DNA of 64,000 nucleotides, taken from an uncultured Gemmatimonadaceae bacterium (lineage in GTDB: Bacteria > Gemmatimonadota > Gemmatimonadetes > Gemmatimonadales > Gemmatimonadaceae). This document shows positions 40,420 through 50,474 of this stretch, piece after piece. The stretch's first letter is position 1. Each line of letters starts with the position of its first letter. The position numbers and the translations under genes were made by a program. The DNA is taken from contig CAWAGQ010000005.1 in the NCBI GenBank assembly GCA_963781585.1, forward strand, positions 224,001-288,000, read 5' to 3'. The notes under the pieces were generated by a model. That model ran no database searches. It had not been told where the DNA came from and saw only the letters and a program-made list of their open reading frames with translations.

Positions 40420-42667
40420 ATGACGACAAGCGCGAACTCTCCGCGCAAGGACGTGCTCGCACGCCGTCTCCGCGCGCCTCTTCAAGTCCGCTGCACATGT
40501 CTGCCAATGGCACAGGAGCCCAAGCAATGCCGCGCCCGTGTCCGAGTACTTCGGCATCAACACCTTCGGTGTTAGGCCAGATGCGCTCCAAGCTGCCGGT
40601 GGAGGTCTGCGACAAGCTTGTCAGCGCCATCCGTCACGGCAAGAAACTCGACATCGACATCGCTCCGACCGTCGCGCAGGCTATCAAGGAATGGGCGATC
40701 GGCCGCGGCGCTACGCATTTCACGCACTGGTTCCAGCCGCAAACCGGACTCACTGCCGAGAAGCACGACGCCTTCCTGACCTTCGACGAGAATCGCCAGC
40801 CGATCGAGCAGTTCTCCGCGCGCGCAGTTGATTCAGAGCGAGCCTGATGCCTCGAGCTTTCCCTCTGGCGGCTTGCGCGCAACCTGGGAAGCGCGAGGCT
40901 ACACCGCATGGAATCCCGCGAGTCCCGGTCTTCATTTTCGAGTCGGGTGGCGTCCGTACCCTCTGCATTCCGTCTGTCTTCATCGGCTACAACGGCGAAG
41001 CGCTCGACGAAATGACGCCGCTGCTGCGCAGCTCCGACGTCCTCTCCGTCAAAGGCGATCGAACTGCTCGAGCTGCTCGGCGACAAGCGGCGTCTACCGC
41101 GTCTACACCACGCTCGGACCGGAGCAGGAGTACTTCCTCATCGACCGCCAGCACTTCGCGTTGCGGCCGGATCTCGTCATGGCGAACCGCACGCTCATCG
41201 GCGCGCCACCACCGCGCGGACAGCAGCTCGAAGACCACTACTTCGCCGGCATTCCCGGAGCGCACGCATGCCTGCATCGCAGAGGTCGAGCACGAGCTCT
41301 ACAAGCTCGGCGTACCCATCGTCACCCGTCATAACGAGGTGGCTCCATCCCAGTTCGAGATGGCGCCGCTCTTCGAGGAAACCGACATCGCGGTCGACCA
41401 CAATCAGCTCGTCATGGCTCTGCTTCGGCGCGTCGCCCTGCGGCACGGGCTGCAGGCGATCGTGCACGAAAAGCCGTTCGCCGGAATCAACGGCTCCGGG
41501 AAGCACTGCAACTGGTCAATGGCGGTTGCCGCAGACAGCGATCTCGACGGCCTCAATCTGCTCAAGCCGGGACATACGCCGCACCAGAATCTCCGCTTCC
41601 TGCTCTTCCTCGCGGCCGTCCTCAAGGCGGTGCACGAGCACGCCGGACTTCTGCGCGCCGGCGTCGGCCAGCTCAGGAAACGAGCACCGGCTCGGCGCGA
41701 ACGAAGCGCCGCCGGCGATCATCTCCGTCTTCATGGGCGACATGCTCACGCGCTCATCAAGGGCATCATCGCCGGCAAGGAGGCCAGCAAGAGCGCTGAG
41801 CAGGAGCTCATCCGGCTCGGCGTGGCGAAACTTCCCGAGATCGAGAAGGACAACACCGACCGTAATCGCACCTCTCCGTTCGCCTTCACCGGCGCAAAGT
41901 TCGAATTCCGCGCCGTTGGCGGCGGCCAGTCGATCGCCTGGCCTGTCACGCTGCTCAATGCCGCCGTTGCCGGCGCCATCGAAGCACATCACGAAGCGAT
42001 CTCCGCGCTGAGAAGAAGAAGACGCGTAACGTCGACGACGCCGTCCTCAGCGTCGTGCGCCGCATCTTCAAGGAAACAACACCGGTACGCTTCGAGGGAA
42101 ACAACTACGCGGAATCATGGGTGACCGAAGCGGCTCGGCGTGGGCTGCCGAATATCCGGCGCACGCCCGAGGCCCTCGGCCAGCTTATTACGCGGAAGAG
42201 CCGCGCGTTACTCGTCGGACTCGGTGTGCTCACCGACGCGTGAACTCGACTCGCGCTACCACGTGCGCATGGAGCGCTACATGAAGGACATGCTCATCGA
42301 GCTGCACACCATGCGCGAAATGGTGGACACCATGGTGCTCCCCGCCGCGTTTGCATATGCCGGAAGTCTCGCGGCGGCGGCCGCGCAGGCGAAGGCGGCC
42401 GGAATCAAGGAGATCCCCCAGATCGACCGCGCGAATGAGGTCGGCAAGCTGGCCAGGGAGCTCAAGGCCAGGCGCGACGCGCTGGTAAAGATCGTCGAGA
42501 AGGCCGAAGCCCTCCACGACGACGCCACCAGGGCCGCAATGTTGCTCACCGGAGACGGCGCCGCAGCAATGGAGAAGGTCCGCCTGGCATCCGACGCCCT
42601 CGAACTGCTGGTTGCCGACGAGCAGTGGCCGCTACCAAAGTATCGCGAAATGCTCTTCCCCGTCTGA
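40420..42667 (+). pseudogene. glnN: Glutamine synthetase type III, broken by at least 10 frameshifts (pseudogene or sequencing errors)
   Basis: GSIII motifs in shifting frames: [108 protein letters not shown]. Confidence 0.88.
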
Positions 42668-42747
42668 CCGCCCTCGCCCGCCATTCCCGGTTGCACGCGC
42701 CGACTTCTCGCAGGAAGTCGGCGCGTGCGGTATCCGGGAGACAACGA

Positions 42748-43755
42748 TCAGTCCCCACCCTGAAAGGGTGCCCTCGCCGTCGGGGCGTCCAGCACCAGGG
42801 CCAGTCGCTCAGGACTCACGTTTCCGCCGCAGAGCACCACGACGATCCGGGCATCCCGTAGCTGGGAGGCCGTGTGGAAGAGGGCCGCGACCGCCACTCC
42901 TGCAGAGCCCTCGACCACCACGTGCTCTTTCAGGAGGCAGTGACGCACGGCACTGGCAATCTCGTCCTCAGGTATTTCTACCCAGTAATCAACCAGAGTC
43001 CGACATAGCTCGAACGTGATGCTGTTCGCCTCGATCCCGCCCGCCGTTCCATCGGAAAGAGTCGGTTGGCTTGGCATTGCGATGACTCTTCCCGCTCGGA
43101 CGCTCCGCGCCATCACCGGGGAGGCCTCGGGTACCGCACCGATGACTTGCAGTCCCGGAAGGAAATCTTTCAGGTCTGCCGCCAACCCGCTCACCAGGCC
43201 GCCTCCTCCCACCGCGACGATCAGCGCGTCGAAGCGCTCCACTTGCCGGCGAAGCTCCGCCCCGATCGTGCCCTGTCCGGCCACGACGATCAGATCGTTG
43301 TACGGCGAGATGTAGGGACGCCCGGTGGAAGTCGCAACGGCACGCGCGTGCTGCTCGGTGTCGAGACCGTCGCGACCCACAACGACCACATCCGCCCCCG
43401 CTTCCCGTATTGCGCCCACCTTCACCTGCGAGGCTCCCTCCGGTACGAACACGGTCACCGGGATCCCCAGCACCCGTCCGGCGTGGGCCACCGCCACACC
43501 GTGGTTCCCCGACGACGCCGCGATGACGCCTGGGCGCGCTTCGTCACCAAGACTCAGCAGTCGGTTCGTGGCACCGCGCAGCTTGAACGATCCTGTGTAC
43601 TGCAGATTCTCGAGCTTCAGCAGTATCTGCGCGTTCGTCAGCTCGCGGAGAGCGGGCGATTCCAGGAGCGGCGTTTCGCGCACGAACGGGGTGATCCGGC
43701 GAGAGGCGATCGCGATCTCGGCGCGCAGGTCATCCAGGGGTCGCTCAGCAGACAT
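42748..43755 (-). CDS. PLP-dependent threonine/serine dehydratase (second paralog)
   Basis: LKLENLQYTGSFKLRG, SSGNHG, GQGTIG, VGGGGL, CGGN. Confidence 0.92.
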   Translation of the reverse strand: MSAERPLDDLRAEIAIASRRITPFVRETPLLESPALRELTNAQILLKLENLQYTGSFKLRGATNRLLSLGDEARPGVIAASSGNHGVAVAHAGRVLGIPVTVFVPEGASQVKVGAIREAGADVVVVGRDGLDTEQHARAVATSTGRPYISPYNDLIVVAGQGTIGAELRRQVERFDALIVAVGGGGLVSGLAADLKDFLPGLQVIGAVPEASPVMARSVRAGRVIAMPSQPTLSDGTAGGIEANSITFELCRTLVDYWVEIPEDEIASAVRHCLLKEHVVVEGSAGVAVAALFHTASQLRDARIVVVLCGGNVSPERLALVLDAPTARAPFQGGD

Positions 43756-43816
43756 GTGGCCGTGACTCGTCACGTCGACCGCTCGAGGTCCGCGTCACCA
43801 TGTTGACTTCGGGCAA

Positions 43817-45220
43817 TCAGTACTTCAGGAGGTAGTTGTCGAGTTCCCACCTGGTGACCTGACTGATGTAGTCACGCCATTCCTCGCGCTTGGCGTAAAG
43901 GAAATGCTTCGCGACATGCTCGCCCAGCGCCGTCATGATCACCCCGTCCTTCTCCAGTTCGTCGCATGCCTCGTTCAGGTCGTGCGGCAGATCATCAATG
44001 CGCAACCGTCGCTTCTCCCGGTGGGACATCTCGAAGATGTTCGTGTCCACCGGCTCGCGATGATCCGCTTTGCTGTCGATGCCATCGAGTCCCGCCGCCA
44101 GCATGACGGCCAGAGCAAGGTACGGATTTGCCGACGGGTCCGGCATGCGGAGCTCCAGACGCGTACCCGCGCCGCGCCGCTGCGGCACGCGGATCAATGG
44201 CGAGCGGTTCCGCATCGACCATGCGACATTGACGGGCGCCTCGTAACCCGGCACCAGTCGCTTGTACGAGTTCACCAGCGGATTGGTGATGGCGCAGAAA
44301 CCACGGGCATGCGCGAGCAGACCTCCGAGGTAATGGAGCGCGACAGGACTCAGCTCCCACATACTGTCGGAATCCCAGAAGGCGTTCTTCCCATCGTGAA
44401 ACAACGACTGATGCGTGTGCATTCCGTTGCCATTCTGCCCGAAGATCGGCTTCGGCATGAATGAGGCGATCAACCCGAATCGCTGGGCAACGTACTTCAC
44501 CACGAAGCGAAAGGTCGCGATGTTGTCAGCCGTGGTCAGCGCGTCGGCATATCGGAAGTCGATCTCGTGCTGTCCGTGAGCCACCTCGTGGTGCGCCGCT
44601 TCCACTTCGAATCCCATTTGCTCGAGCGCAGCCACGATGGCTCGACGAGCGTCTTCCCCCAGATCGGCTGGAGCCAGGTCGAAATAGCCCCCCACATCCT
44701 GCGTCACCGTTGTCGGGCGTCCGGTGGGTTCCGGTTTGAAAACGAAGAACTCGGCCTCCATTCCCGCGTTCATGGTAAACCCCATCCCCGCCGCTCGCTC
44801 CAACTGACGTTTCAGCACACCGCGCGGGTCGCCCTCGAACGGCTCGCCATCCGGGCGGTTGATGTCGCAGATCAGACGCGCTACCCGACTCTCCGCGTCG
44901 CCCCAAGGGAAAATGCGGAACGTCGATAGGTCGGGCGCCAGCAACATGTCGGACTCCTCGATCCGCACAAAACCCTCGATCGAGGACCCATCGAACATGA
45001 TGTCGCCGGCAAGGGCCTTTTCAAATTGTGAGCCGGGGATCTCGACATTCTTGTTGACGCCGAGAATGTCCGTGAACTGCAGACGCAGAAATCGCACGTT
45101 CTGGCGCGATGCCAGCTCCAGGATGTCATGCCGGGTCGCTCCGGCCAGACTTCGCGTGTTGGTCACGTTGAGAGAGGTTGACACGTTGCCATTCCCGTCC
45201 ACCGGCCGATCTGCCTCCAC
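43817..45220 (-). CDS. glnA: Glutamine synthetase type I (GSI-alpha-like)
   Basis: LQFTDILG, FDGSSIEGF, HHEVAHGQHEI, FMPKP, NGNGMHTHQS, NSYKRLVPGYEAP, ELRMPD..ANPYL. Start uncertain. Confidence 0.95.
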   Translation of the reverse strand: MEADRPVDGNGNVSTSLNVTNTRSLAGATRHDILELASRQNVRFLRLQFTDILGVNKNVEIPGSQFEKALAGDIMFDGSSIEGFVRIEESDMLLAPDLSTFRIFPWGDAESRVARLICDINRPDGEPFEGDPRGVLKRQLERAAGMGFTMNAGMEAEFFVFKPEPTGRPTTVTQDVGGYFDLAPADLGEDARRAIVAALEQMGFEVEAAHHEVAHGQHEIDFRYADALTTADNIATFRFVVKYVAQRFGLIASFMPKPIFGQNGNGMHTHQSLFHDGKNAFWDSDSMWELSPVALHYLGGLLAHARGFCAITNPLVNSYKRLVPGYEAPVNVAWSMRNRSPLIRVPQRRGAGTRLELRMPDPSANPYLALAVMLAAGLDGIDSKADHREPVDTNIFEMSHREKRRLRIDDLPHDLNEACDELEKDGVIMTALGEHVAKHFLYAKREEWRDYISQVTRWELDNYLLKY

Positions 45221-45343
45221 GGCGTGGCCCGTAGCTTACGCAGTCGAGGCACACGCCTCAACGCCAGCTGACGGGAAGAACAACCCTCGCGGGCGCGGGG
45301 GAGTATCTTTCTCGTCCCACGAACACCCCTTCCGATTCAAACC

Positions 45344-46162
45344 ATGAGCGCCTCGTCGCCCCCATCCCGGATCGTTTGCCCGGCCTGTGGCACAGCGGGA
45401 ACAGGTCGCTACTGCGCAGAGTGCGGTGCCGTCCTTCAGGGTGCCATCTGCGCAGGCTGTCGTTCGCTGCTCGCACCCGGGGCAAAGTTCTGTCACCGAT
45501 GCGGAGCGGCCGTCGGCTCGTCTCTCCCGGCATCAACTCCCCTGCCGCCTGCCCAGCGCGCGTCTGGTGCCCCTCCGATAAGTTCACTTCCCTGGCTCTT
45601 TGCCGGCCTTGCCATCGTGGCTTTGATCGTGATCCTGCTGGCTCAACGATCCAGCAGCGCTGGCGCGGCAGGCGGAGCGACACCTGGCGGTGCTCCGTTC
45701 GCGGGTGCGCCGGGAATGGTATCCGCTCCCGACATCTCGTCCATGACTCCCGAAGAGCGCGCCAGCCGACTCTTCGATCGGATCATGCGATTGGCAACCG
45801 AAGGCAAGCAGGACAGCGTGAGCCTGTTTGCCTCAATGGCCATTCCAGTCTACGAGTCGTTAGGCCCTCTCAATGCGGACCAGCGTTATGACTTCGGGCG
45901 CGTTGCCGAAGTGAGCGGCAATCTCGACATCGCGGCGGCGCAGGCGGATTCGATTCTGAAACCATCACCGACTCATCTCCTCGGACTCATACTCGCCGCG
46001 CGTGTCGCCGACATGAAGGGCAACCAGTCCGCTCGGAGTGCGTTCGAAAAGCGATTCCTTGCCGCCCAAGCTGCGGAACTCGCAAAGAACCTCCCCGAAT
46101 ACGCCCTGCACCGCACCGACATCGAGGCCGCTGCCGCCGCCGCCAATTCCGGTAAGCGGTGA
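45344..46162 (+). CDS. Double zinc-ribbon membrane protein with helical C-terminal domain
   Basis: Four CxxC motifs (CPAC, CAEC, CAGC, CHRC), one TM segment, then a TPR-like helical region. Confidence 0.8.
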   Translation: MSASSPPSRIVCPACGTAGTGRYCAECGAVLQGAICAGCRSLLAPGAKFCHRCGAAVGSSLPASTPLPPAQRASGAPPISSLPWLFAGLAIVALIVILLAQRSSSAGAAGGATPGGAPFAGAPGMVSAPDISSMTPEERASRLFDRIMRLATEGKQDSVSLFASMAIPVYESLGPLNADQRYDFGRVAEVSGNLDIAAAQADSILKPSPTHLLGLILAARVADMKGNQSARSAFEKRFLAAQAAELAKNLPEYALHRTDIEAAAAAANSGKR

Positions 46163-46217
46163 GTCGCTCCGCTGCGCTTCCTTCCCTGGTAAACCTCAAC
46201 TCCGCCCATCCTCACCC

Positions 46218-47060
46218 GTGCCCCATTCCCGCACGATTCGCGTGTGCCACAGTCCGGATTCGGACGACGCCTTCATGTTCTTTGCCCTTGCCAACGGACT
46301 GATCGCGACCGACGGCCTGACATACGTGCACGAACTGCAGGACATCGAAACCCTGAATCAGCGGGCGCTGCGTCGGGAGCTCGAAGTAACCGCCGTTTCC
46401 ATCCACGCCTACGCCTACCTGGCGAAAGACTACCTGCTACTCCCGCACGGGGCCTCGATGGGAGATCGCTACGGCCCGCGGCTGGTCGCCCGTGGTCCGC
46501 TCACTCGAACGGACATTCGCGGACGACGCGTTGCGATTCCGGGCCTCCTCACCAGCGCGTATCTCGCACTCCGCCTCTTGGAGCCGGACTTCGAGGCCGT
46601 GCCCACCCCCTTCGACCAGATCGAAAACGCAGTCATCAGCGGAAGCGTGGATCATGGCCTCCTGATCCACGAGGGACAGCTCACCTACCGCGACGTGGGG
46701 CTCCACCTCGTCGTCGACCTCGGCGAGTGGTGGTATCAGGCAACTGGTTTGCCTCTTCCACTCGGTGGGAATATCATCCGAAGAGACCTCGGTAGCGACC
46801 TCATAGCGACAATTTCACGACATCTACGAGACAGTATCGAGTATTCATTAAGCCATCGTGAAAACGCCCTCGATCACGCGATGCTCTTCGCGCGAGGCTT
46901 GGACCGAGCCCGCGCCGACACCTTTGTGGACATGTACGTCAATAACTGGACCCGCGATTACGGTTCACGCGGACGCGAGGCCGTTCGTACCTTCCTGCAA
47001 CGTGGCGTCGAGGCCGGCATCATCCCGCATCCGGTTCAGGTGGAGTTCGCGCCGGGGTGA
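46218..47060 (+). CDS. mqnD: 1,4-dihydroxy-6-naphthoate synthase (MqnA/MqnD family; futalosine menaquinone pathway)
   Basis: HSPDSDDAFMF, DIETLN, GASMG..YGP, IHEGQLTY, DLGEWW...TGLPLPLG, MYVN. Confidence 0.88.
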   Translation: MPHSRTIRVCHSPDSDDAFMFFALANGLIATDGLTYVHELQDIETLNQRALRRELEVTAVSIHAYAYLAKDYLLLPHGASMGDRYGPRLVARGPLTRTDIRGRRVAIPGLLTSAYLALRLLEPDFEAVPTPFDQIENAVISGSVDHGLLIHEGQLTYRDVGLHLVVDLGEWWYQATGLPLPLGGNIIRRDLGSDLIATISRHLRDSIEYSLSHRENALDHAMLFARGLDRARADTFVDMYVNNWTRDYGSRGREAVRTFLQRGVEAGIIPHPVQVEFAPG

Positions 47061-47367
47061 CGGGCCTCGTTTGCCGGCGCCTAACGCCCAGGGCTGGCTC
47101 TCACTCCAGTACCCGTCACGCCAGTACAGAGGCCCCCCATCCGGCAGCGCCGGCTTCCACGCGTATCCCTGGCCTACCGAGCTCATTCTTCCGGCTTGAC
47201 GCCACGGGAACATGATTGTACTACGGTGTTCGCGCCGCGACCGTCTTGAGCACGGCGCGTCGCCGTGCGTATGGGCACGGTGCTACTGACGCACGGGTTG
47301 CAGCTGGCAGCGGCTCGTGATCTGACTTGGCATCTGTTTGGTTGACCACATCAAGCAGGAGGCGGTC

Positions 47368-47901
47368 ATGCCGCGCGGCGAGGAGTGGACGAGGAAGCTG
47401 AGGTTCTCCGACGATGATGAGGTGGACGACCTCGGATATGGCGGCTCTTCGTTCGACGATGATGAGGATGACGACGAATCCGGATGGACGTCCGCGAAAC
47501 AGAGCAGCGGTCTATGGGATGAGCCGGAGGAAGCAGTCCTCGAGGAAGAAGAGGACCTCGTCGACCTCGCTGATGAGGAACCCGCAGCCGCGGTCGAAGC
47601 GGAGGAGGAGGAGATCGCGGTCTTTGGGGCACCACCCCCCGTCGCACGAGTGAGGGCTGCTAGAGCTTCGGCAACGCCTCGTCAGGAGGCTGCAAAACCC
47701 AAGGCGGCCAAACCTGCGCCCCGAAAGCGCCCTGCGGCCATCGCGCGAAAGGCAGCCCCCAAGAAGAAGGCTGCGAAGAAGGCCCCGTCTCGGCGTTCGA
47801 AGCCCGCGGCGAAGAAGAAGGCCACCAGAAAGGTCGCTCCGAAACGCAGTGCCTCGTCCAGGAGCACCAAGCGCGGCAAACCCGCGAAGCGCAAGAAGTA
47901 G
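47368..47901 (+). CDS. Hypothetical protein with acidic N-terminal half and histone H1-like Lys/Ala/Pro-rich C-terminus
   Basis: AGGAGG RBS. D/E tracts (DDDEDDDE, EEEED) followed by KPKAAKPAP...KKKAAKKAP...KKKATRKVAPKR repeats. Confidence 0.8.
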   Translation: MPRGEEWTRKLRFSDDDEVDDLGYGGSSFDDDEDDDESGWTSAKQSSGLWDEPEEAVLEEEEDLVDLADEEPAAAVEAEEEEIAVFGAPPPVARVRAARASATPRQEAAKPKAAKPAPRKRPAAIARKAAPKKKAAKKAPSRRSKPAAKKKATRKVAPKRSASSRSTKRGKPAKRKK

Positions 47902-48018
47902 TCGGGTCGCTGCCTCGCCTGGCGTTGGAGCGCACCGCGCCGGCACCGGCGCAGAACACCGCCTGGGTCGCGTCGGTCGGCTGGCGGACCGAAGTGGATC
48001 CGCGGTAATCTACGCATC

Positions 48019-48564
48019 ATGGCGGAGTCCCCGCTGGCACTGCTCCGCGCACACGCGCGTCATGCCCCCTGGAATGCGCGGGGACTCGCGGCGCATGTAA
48101 CCGCGCTCGTTGATGCGGCCGGCGTGCGGCCGACCAACACGTCGGCCCGCGCTGCACCTACCGCCCGCGCGGTGCGCTTCTACGTGTCCAATCAATTGAT
48201 GGACCGCCCCGATGGCCTCGGTACTTCGGCGACCTACAACTACCGCCACTTCCTCCAACTCCTCGCCATCAAGATCCGACAGCGTGAGGGCATTACGCTC
48301 AGCGCCATCAAGAAGGAGATCCGCGAAACAACCGGTGATGCGCTGGAGCGTCGCGTGGCGCAGGCGCTCGCCCCGGTGCTTCTCACCGGCACGCCCGCCG
48401 CAGCCGGACACGACGAGGAACAGCCTGCGTCGTGGCGACGCGTTCCAATTGCCGACGGTATTGAACTGCATGTGCGCGACGACTCGCCCGCTTCGCGGGA
48501 TGATACCGTCGTCGCCATGCGGGAGGCGGTCAGAGCCACGTTAGGCAGAACCGAGATGCGATGA
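48019..48564 (+). CDS. MerR-type HTH DNA-binding protein
   Basis: RAVRFYVSNQLMDRP.G....ATYNYRHFLQLLAIK..Q..G.TLSAI MerR-like winged HTH; C-terminal WRRVPIADGIELHV. Confidence 0.82.
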   Translation: MAESPLALLRAHARHAPWNARGLAAHVTALVDAAGVRPTNTSARAAPTARAVRFYVSNQLMDRPDGLGTSATYNYRHFLQLLAIKIRQREGITLSAIKKEIRETTGDALERRVAQALAPVLLTGTPAAAGHDEEQPASWRRVPIADGIELHVRDDSPASRDDTVVAMREAVRATLGRTEMR

Positions 48565-48583
48565 GACATTGGTGACCACGACC

Positions 48584-49294
48584 ATGGACTTCCGCCAGGC
48601 GGTCATCGTTATCACCGGTGTCGGGCGCCGAGGGCAGGTTGGGGAGATCGTCGCCCGGGCGTTCCTCCGGCGCGGTGCAACCGTGTGCGTCGTGGAACGC
48701 GATCGCACGCTCCTTGACGAGCGTGTCGCGGACCTGTCGGGGACTGACAACAGCGTATTCGGGTTCGCCGGTGATCTCACCGATCCGGTGGCCGTGGCAC
48801 AAATCGTTGGCCGCGTCGGCACCCTGGCGCCGACCGGTATCGCCGCCCTCGTGAACCTGGCCGGCGGATTCGCCAGCAGCGGTCCCGTTGCCGACTCCGA
48901 TCCCGAGACATGGCACCGACTCTTCTCGATCAACCTCACCACGGCGTACGTGGCGACTCGCGCCTTCCTCCCCCTGTTGCGCCGTGCACAAGGCTCGATC
49001 GTCTACTTCTCTTCGGCGAGCGCCCTGCCGGGAGCAAGTGTCGCGGAACTCGCCGCCTACGCCGGCTCCAAGGGCGCGGTGCTTACCCTCATGCGCGCGG
49101 TCGCCGCCGAGGAACGAGACAGCGGCGTTCGAGCCAATGCGCTCGCACCAAACGCGATACGAACGTCCGCAAACCTCCAATCGATGGGCGACCGCACATC
49201 ATACGTCGAACGGGAGACGGTTGCCGACTGGGTGCTCTGGCTTGCGGACCCAGGCTCTGGAGCGGTCACTGGTCAGGTGATCAGACTCGGCTAG
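48584..49294 (+). CDS. SDR family oxidoreductase
   Basis: ITGVGRRGQVG, VNLAGG, YAGSK (YxxxK), VRANALAP, VTGQVI. Confidence 0.9.
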   Translation: MDFRQAVIVITGVGRRGQVGEIVARAFLRRGATVCVVERDRTLLDERVADLSGTDNSVFGFAGDLTDPVAVAQIVGRVGTLAPTGIAALVNLAGGFASSGPVADSDPETWHRLFSINLTTAYVATRAFLPLLRRAQGSIVYFSSASALPGASVAELAAYAGSKGAVLTLMRAVAAEERDSGVRANALAPNAIRTSANLQSMGDRTSYVERETVADWVLWLADPGSGAVTGQVIRLG

Positions 49295-49364
49295 CGAAGG
49301 CCCCGTGCTCGGGAACCCGACTCCATCCAGGTCCGCCAGCCACCCGCGCTCCACTGGAAGGCGC

Positions 49365-50192
49365 GTGCCGGTTCGCCTTGTTCTTCTCGATCGTTCCCTT
49401 GAAGGGTTGCCGGTCTTTCGCCTCAGCGACTCGTCGGAAGAGTCAGCCATCGTGTTCGCGCCGGAAACTGGGGGAAGATGGCGCGTGATCCCGAATCCGG
49501 GGGATCGACTTCCGGGCACCTTTGACCAGGATGTCTACGTCGAGGTGTGCCGTCGCTTTATCGAATCCGGCATGCCTGCCGACGGCACCATTCGTTTCAC
49601 GTTGCACGCCTTTCTTCGATCCATCGGTCGGCGTGCAGACGGCCGCACCTACGAACAACTCCGCAGCGCTCTCGTGCGGCTCGAGCGCACATTGCTTGAG
49701 TCCACCGCAGCCTATTGGAACGCCTCCACGGGCAGCGCGCTCGATCTGCGCTTCAGCCTCTTTCAGGCCGTGGCGATAGACCGGAGAAGAACGCTCGACC
49801 GCGATCAGATCCCCCTGTTCCCATCGCTCGCCGCCCACGAACCGGGTGACGCACGAGTCACCCTGGCGCCGAGCATACGGAGCAACATCGCTGCCGGTCA
49901 TGTGTCCATGGTTTCGACCACACAGTATTTCTCGCTCTCGTCTCCGGTCGCACGCAGGCTCTACCGCTTGCTCGAGGTGGCGCGCGCCGAAGGACTGCTG
50001 GCGTGGCGCATTCCGCTGTCGCAACTGGCCGCTCGCGTGCCGCTCACACAACGCTATCCCTCCCACCTGCGACGAGTCCTTCAACCGGCCCATGAGATGC
50101 TCCTTTCCGCAGGGGTCGTAAGGGACGCTCGCTTTCTACAGGTCGGCCGACGATGGATTGCGGACTACGTGCTCGCCGCTCGGCTCAGATGA
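49365..50192 (+). CDS. Replication initiator protein A (plasmid RepA/RPA-like) homolog
   Basis: P(V)FRLS, LPGTFDQDVY, FTLHAFLRSIG...GRTYEQLRSALVRL, YFSLSSPVARRLYRLL match the RPA-type initiator pattern from memory. Start uncertain (49305 or 49365). Confidence 0.7.
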   Translation: MPVRLVLLDRSLEGLPVFRLSDSSEESAIVFAPETGGRWRVIPNPGDRLPGTFDQDVYVEVCRRFIESGMPADGTIRFTLHAFLRSIGRRADGRTYEQLRSALVRLERTLLESTAAYWNASTGSALDLRFSLFQAVAIDRRRTLDRDQIPLFPSLAAHEPGDARVTLAPSIRSNIAAGHVSMVSTTQYFSLSSPVARRLYRLLEVARAEGLLAWRIPLSQLAARVPLTQRYPSHLRRVLQPAHEMLLSAGVVRDARFLQVGRRWIADYVLAARLR

Positions 50193-50474
50193 CTGGCTCG
50201 TCGCCCGGCTCATTGACCCGCATCCCAGAACCGTCGGACCCTCCCTGGTGTCGAACTGGGCAGTCCGGCCTTCCGGGATCATCTTGCGCAGTGCTAGGCT
50301 TGAGGTAATTACCATCGGTTCGTGGCTCTGCGTGCGGTCCCTGCCGGGCTGCGGCATCATCTACGTGACCTCCTGAGCAACGCCACGTCATGGAAATACC
50401 CGGGGCCGAAGGAACTTGCGGTGCCCCAGCACGTATTCACACGGTAACAAATTCACCCCTCACCGAGTCTCTCG

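Noticed and set aside
40420..42667. Programmed ribosomal frameshifting in glnN
   Set aside because: Too many shifts and no consistent slippery sites.
50193..50474. Plasmid-like origin next to the RepA homolog
   Set aside because: No iterons, DnaA boxes or AT-rich tract visible; only a short GGTAATTACC palindrome.
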